Shown piece after piece: positions 30,548 to 32,000 of a DNA stretch of 32,000 bases. Below the pieces are notes generated by a model. That model ran no database searches. It was not told the origin of the DNA and saw only the letters and a program-made list of their open reading frames with translations. The DNA is from Candidatus Saccharimonadota bacterium (GTDB lineage Bacteria; Patescibacteriota; Saccharimonadia; Saccharimonadales; Saccharimonadaceae). Numbering within the stretch: the stretch's first letter is position 1; each line of letters opens with the position of its first letter. The stretch spans positions 840,001 through 872,000 of the forward strand of contig NZ_CP045921.1 of the NCBI RefSeq assembly GCF_025273655.1. The letters run 5' to 3'. The position numbers and the translations under genes were made by a program.

Positions 30548-30568
30548 ACACCCAGTATACACCGACGA

Positions 30569-30608
30569 AACAAGCAAAAATCGCCGATTCAGGCGATTTT
30601 TGCTTGTT
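30569..30608. terminator. 17-bp perfect hairpin, likely terminator of the small minus-strand ORF
   Basis: aacaagcaaaaatcgcc / gattca / ggcgatttttgcttgtt, 8 nt downstream (minus sense) of the stop at 30616. Confidence 0.6.
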
Positions 30609-30615
30609 CTCACCC

Positions 30616-30711
30616 CTAGATTTGCTTCAGCTTGAGATCTGGGTACTGCTCTAGCTTGCGGCGGATAAATGCCGAAATACGTTGGTCGATAGATTCAGTT
30701 GTTCTCTTCAC
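30616..30711 (-). CDS. possible 31-aa small protein (MKRTTESIDQRISAFIRRKLEQYPDLKLKQI, GTG start)
   Basis: Found by hand. GGAGGA lies 9 nt upstream of the GTG, a TATACT -10 lies further upstream, and a dedicated terminator hairpin follows directly. No homology recognised. Confidence 0.3.
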   Translation of the reverse strand: MKRTTESIDQRISAFIRRKLEQYPDLKLKQI

Positions 30712-30846
30712 TCCTCTAGTCCTCCGTTTCGTTTTATCTTACATTTTCAAGTATAAGCGTTTCCACAAGTAACGTCTGTTGGATTCCTCACAGAAGCCTA
30801 GTGAAAAATGTCACATTCAACGCATCTAGCGTATACTGAAAGAGAC

Positions 30847-31512
30847 ATGACGCCACATATAGAGATTATTCGTAAAAATGGAACCTCACGGCTATACAAA
30901 GCAGGTACATCTCTGTTCTATCAAGGCGAGTTTCCTCGTCATGGTGTTTTACTCACGAAAGGGGCGGTTCGCGCCTACACAATTGCCAGTTCGGGCGAAG
31001 AACGGACAATCGGGTTCTACACTGCCGGCGACCTGCTGCCTATCGCGTGGCTGCTCGACCAAGTAGGCATATCGCTATTTCACTATGTGGCGCTCAGCGA
31101 GGTGCGCGCGCTACGTTTTTCGAAAGAAGACTTTGATCGCACGATTCTGGGTGATCCTGTCGCGCTCAAATCGCTATTTACCAATCTCAGTAGAGATTAT
31201 TCAGCAGCTATGCTGCGTATCAACGGACTTGGTCAGTCGCGTGCCGACGAAAAGATTGCATTTACACTATACTACCTGGCGTTTCGCTACGGCACGCTAC
31301 TGCCAGACGGGCGACACGAGATCAAATTACGCCTTCCTCACGTAGTAATTGCCAGCATGGTGGGACTCAGCCGAGAAAGCACCACAAAAGCCCTGCGATC
31401 CTTGCAGAGAAAAGGCATCATTTCCTACTCACGTGGCGTATATACCGTCAACAAATCATCGCTAGAGCACTACGTAGGCGAGGATATCTACCAGAGCCTC
31501 GAGCTAGCCTAA
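30847..31512 (+). CDS. Crp/Fnr-family transcriptional regulator
   Basis: cNMP-binding beta-barrel region (LYKAGTSLFYQGEFPRHGVLLTKGAVRAY) and C-terminal HTH (MVGLSRESTTKALRSLQRKGIISY). ATG 30847 is preferred because TATACT (30832..30837) lies 9 nt upstream, which would place ATG 30808 before the transcription start. ATG 30808 is not excluded. Confidence 0.8.
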   Translation: MTPHIEIIRKNGTSRLYKAGTSLFYQGEFPRHGVLLTKGAVRAYTIASSGEERTIGFYTAGDLLPIAWLLDQVGISLFHYVALSEVRALRFSKEDFDRTILGDPVALKSLFTNLSRDYSAAMLRINGLGQSRADEKIAFTLYYLAFRYGTLLPDGRHEIKLRLPHVVIASMVGLSRESTTKALRSLQRKGIISYSRGVYTVNKSSLEHYVGEDIYQSLELA

Positions 31513-31538
31513 CTCATGTAAAATTTACGAGGCCTAGC

Positions 31539-31952
31539 TTATTGCCAGACCGCGAATATCACCGAGCCGATACTCATCACCACCAAAAAATACGCGCTAT
31601 TCAACCACAAGAAGCCCCACGCACGTTTGCTATACAGTGTCACGCCCACAGTCGTGGCCGCTACAAGTCCGAACCATAGCACTAGCCCGGCTACCATTCC
31701 TTCGGCTACTGTCGCAACATCCAGCGAATTGAGTACCAACGCCAATGTAAACGCCTGCACAAGCGACGATACCGCCACCGCCGCGATAATCTTGTTCGCC
31801 TGCTGAGTCGGGATCTTCAGTATGTCGATCTTGGTATACTTCGTCCATGCACGAGCAAATCCAGCGGTTGAATACCACCACGCACCAACCACCATATATA
31901 GCAGCCACGCTATCAGCACTGCCCAGTAATTTATCCCTGCTAATTCCAACAT
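31539..31952 (-). CDS. DUF1761-family membrane protein
   Basis: INYWAVLIAWLLYMVVGAWWYSTAGFARAW matches the DUF1761 N-terminal pattern from memory. 4 TM segments. AGGAGA lies 5 nt upstream of the ATG. Confidence 0.7.
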   Translation of the reverse strand: MLELAGINYWAVLIAWLLYMVVGAWWYSTAGFARAWTKYTKIDILKIPTQQANKIIAAVAVSSLVQAFTLALVLNSLDVATVAEGMVAGLVLWFGLVAATTVGVTLYSKRAWGFLWLNSAYFLVVMSIGSVIFAVWQ

Positions 31953-32000
31953 ACCTATCTCCTGTTATGTGATGTGTTCATCATACCATGCCAAACTTGT

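Noticed and set aside
1-32000. Search for CRISPR arrays, IS elements, integrases, prophage genes, toxin-antitoxin pairs, rRNA and riboswitch-like leaders.
   Set aside because: I saw no regularly spaced direct repeats and no transposase, integrase or phage structural signatures in any ORF translation. Intergenic regions are short (mostly under 120 nt) and are accounted for by promoters, terminators, tRNAs and the two small ORFs. The only rearrangement-like signal is the tRNA-Arg fragment locus, which is reported as a finding.

Overview
Gene-dense bacterial chromosomal window (about 90% coding, both strands). I saw no transposase, integrase, CRISPR array or rRNA. Gene content suggests a small-genome, Gram-positive-type organism, possibly Saccharibacteria/Patescibacteria; that placement is inference only. 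The basis is type IV pilus genes, MurT/GatD, dispersed cell-wall genes, CCA-encoding tRNAs and many promoter-proximal start codons. Contents, left to right: (1) a minor-pilin operon, in which two prepilin-motif genes are flanked by two paralogous giant RCC1-repeat proteins and the complete one carries a PilX-type pilin N-terminus; (2) tRNA-Arg(TCG), murB, and two tandem major-pilin paralogues sharing a 123-nt identical 5' block; (3) a secreted hypothetical protein, glyA, and a divergently transcribed XRE-HTH::MurA fusion with a palindrome over its own -10 element; (4) tRNA-Gly, cupin, tRNA-His, DUF4260, and tRNA-Arg(TCT) preceded by tRNA-derived fragments; (5) an AT-rich FBP zinc-finger gene, a PBP5-type D,D-carboxypeptidase, a LOG-family gene and a 534-aa membrane protein; (6) a 7.5-kb translationally coupled four-gene minus-strand operon (small TM protein, membrane-anchored degenerate ClpA/B-like double AAA+ ATPase, polytopic membrane protein with a long low-complexity tail, 900-aa anchored ectodomain protein); (7) murT-gatD, bcp, an OpgC-like membrane protein, tRNA-Pro, a DUF1905/YdeI protein, a Crp/Fnr regulator and DUF1761. 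The best candidates for undescribed biology are the Clp-like membrane operon and the pilin-anchored RCC1 double propellers. Window-wide regulatory patterns are a recurrent TGCTACAAT-type extended -10 element, -10 hexamers 6-8 nt from start codons (likely leaderless mRNAs), and terminator hairpins that pair with the encoded CCA ends of tRNAs. All family assignments come from by-eye motif recognition, not database searches.
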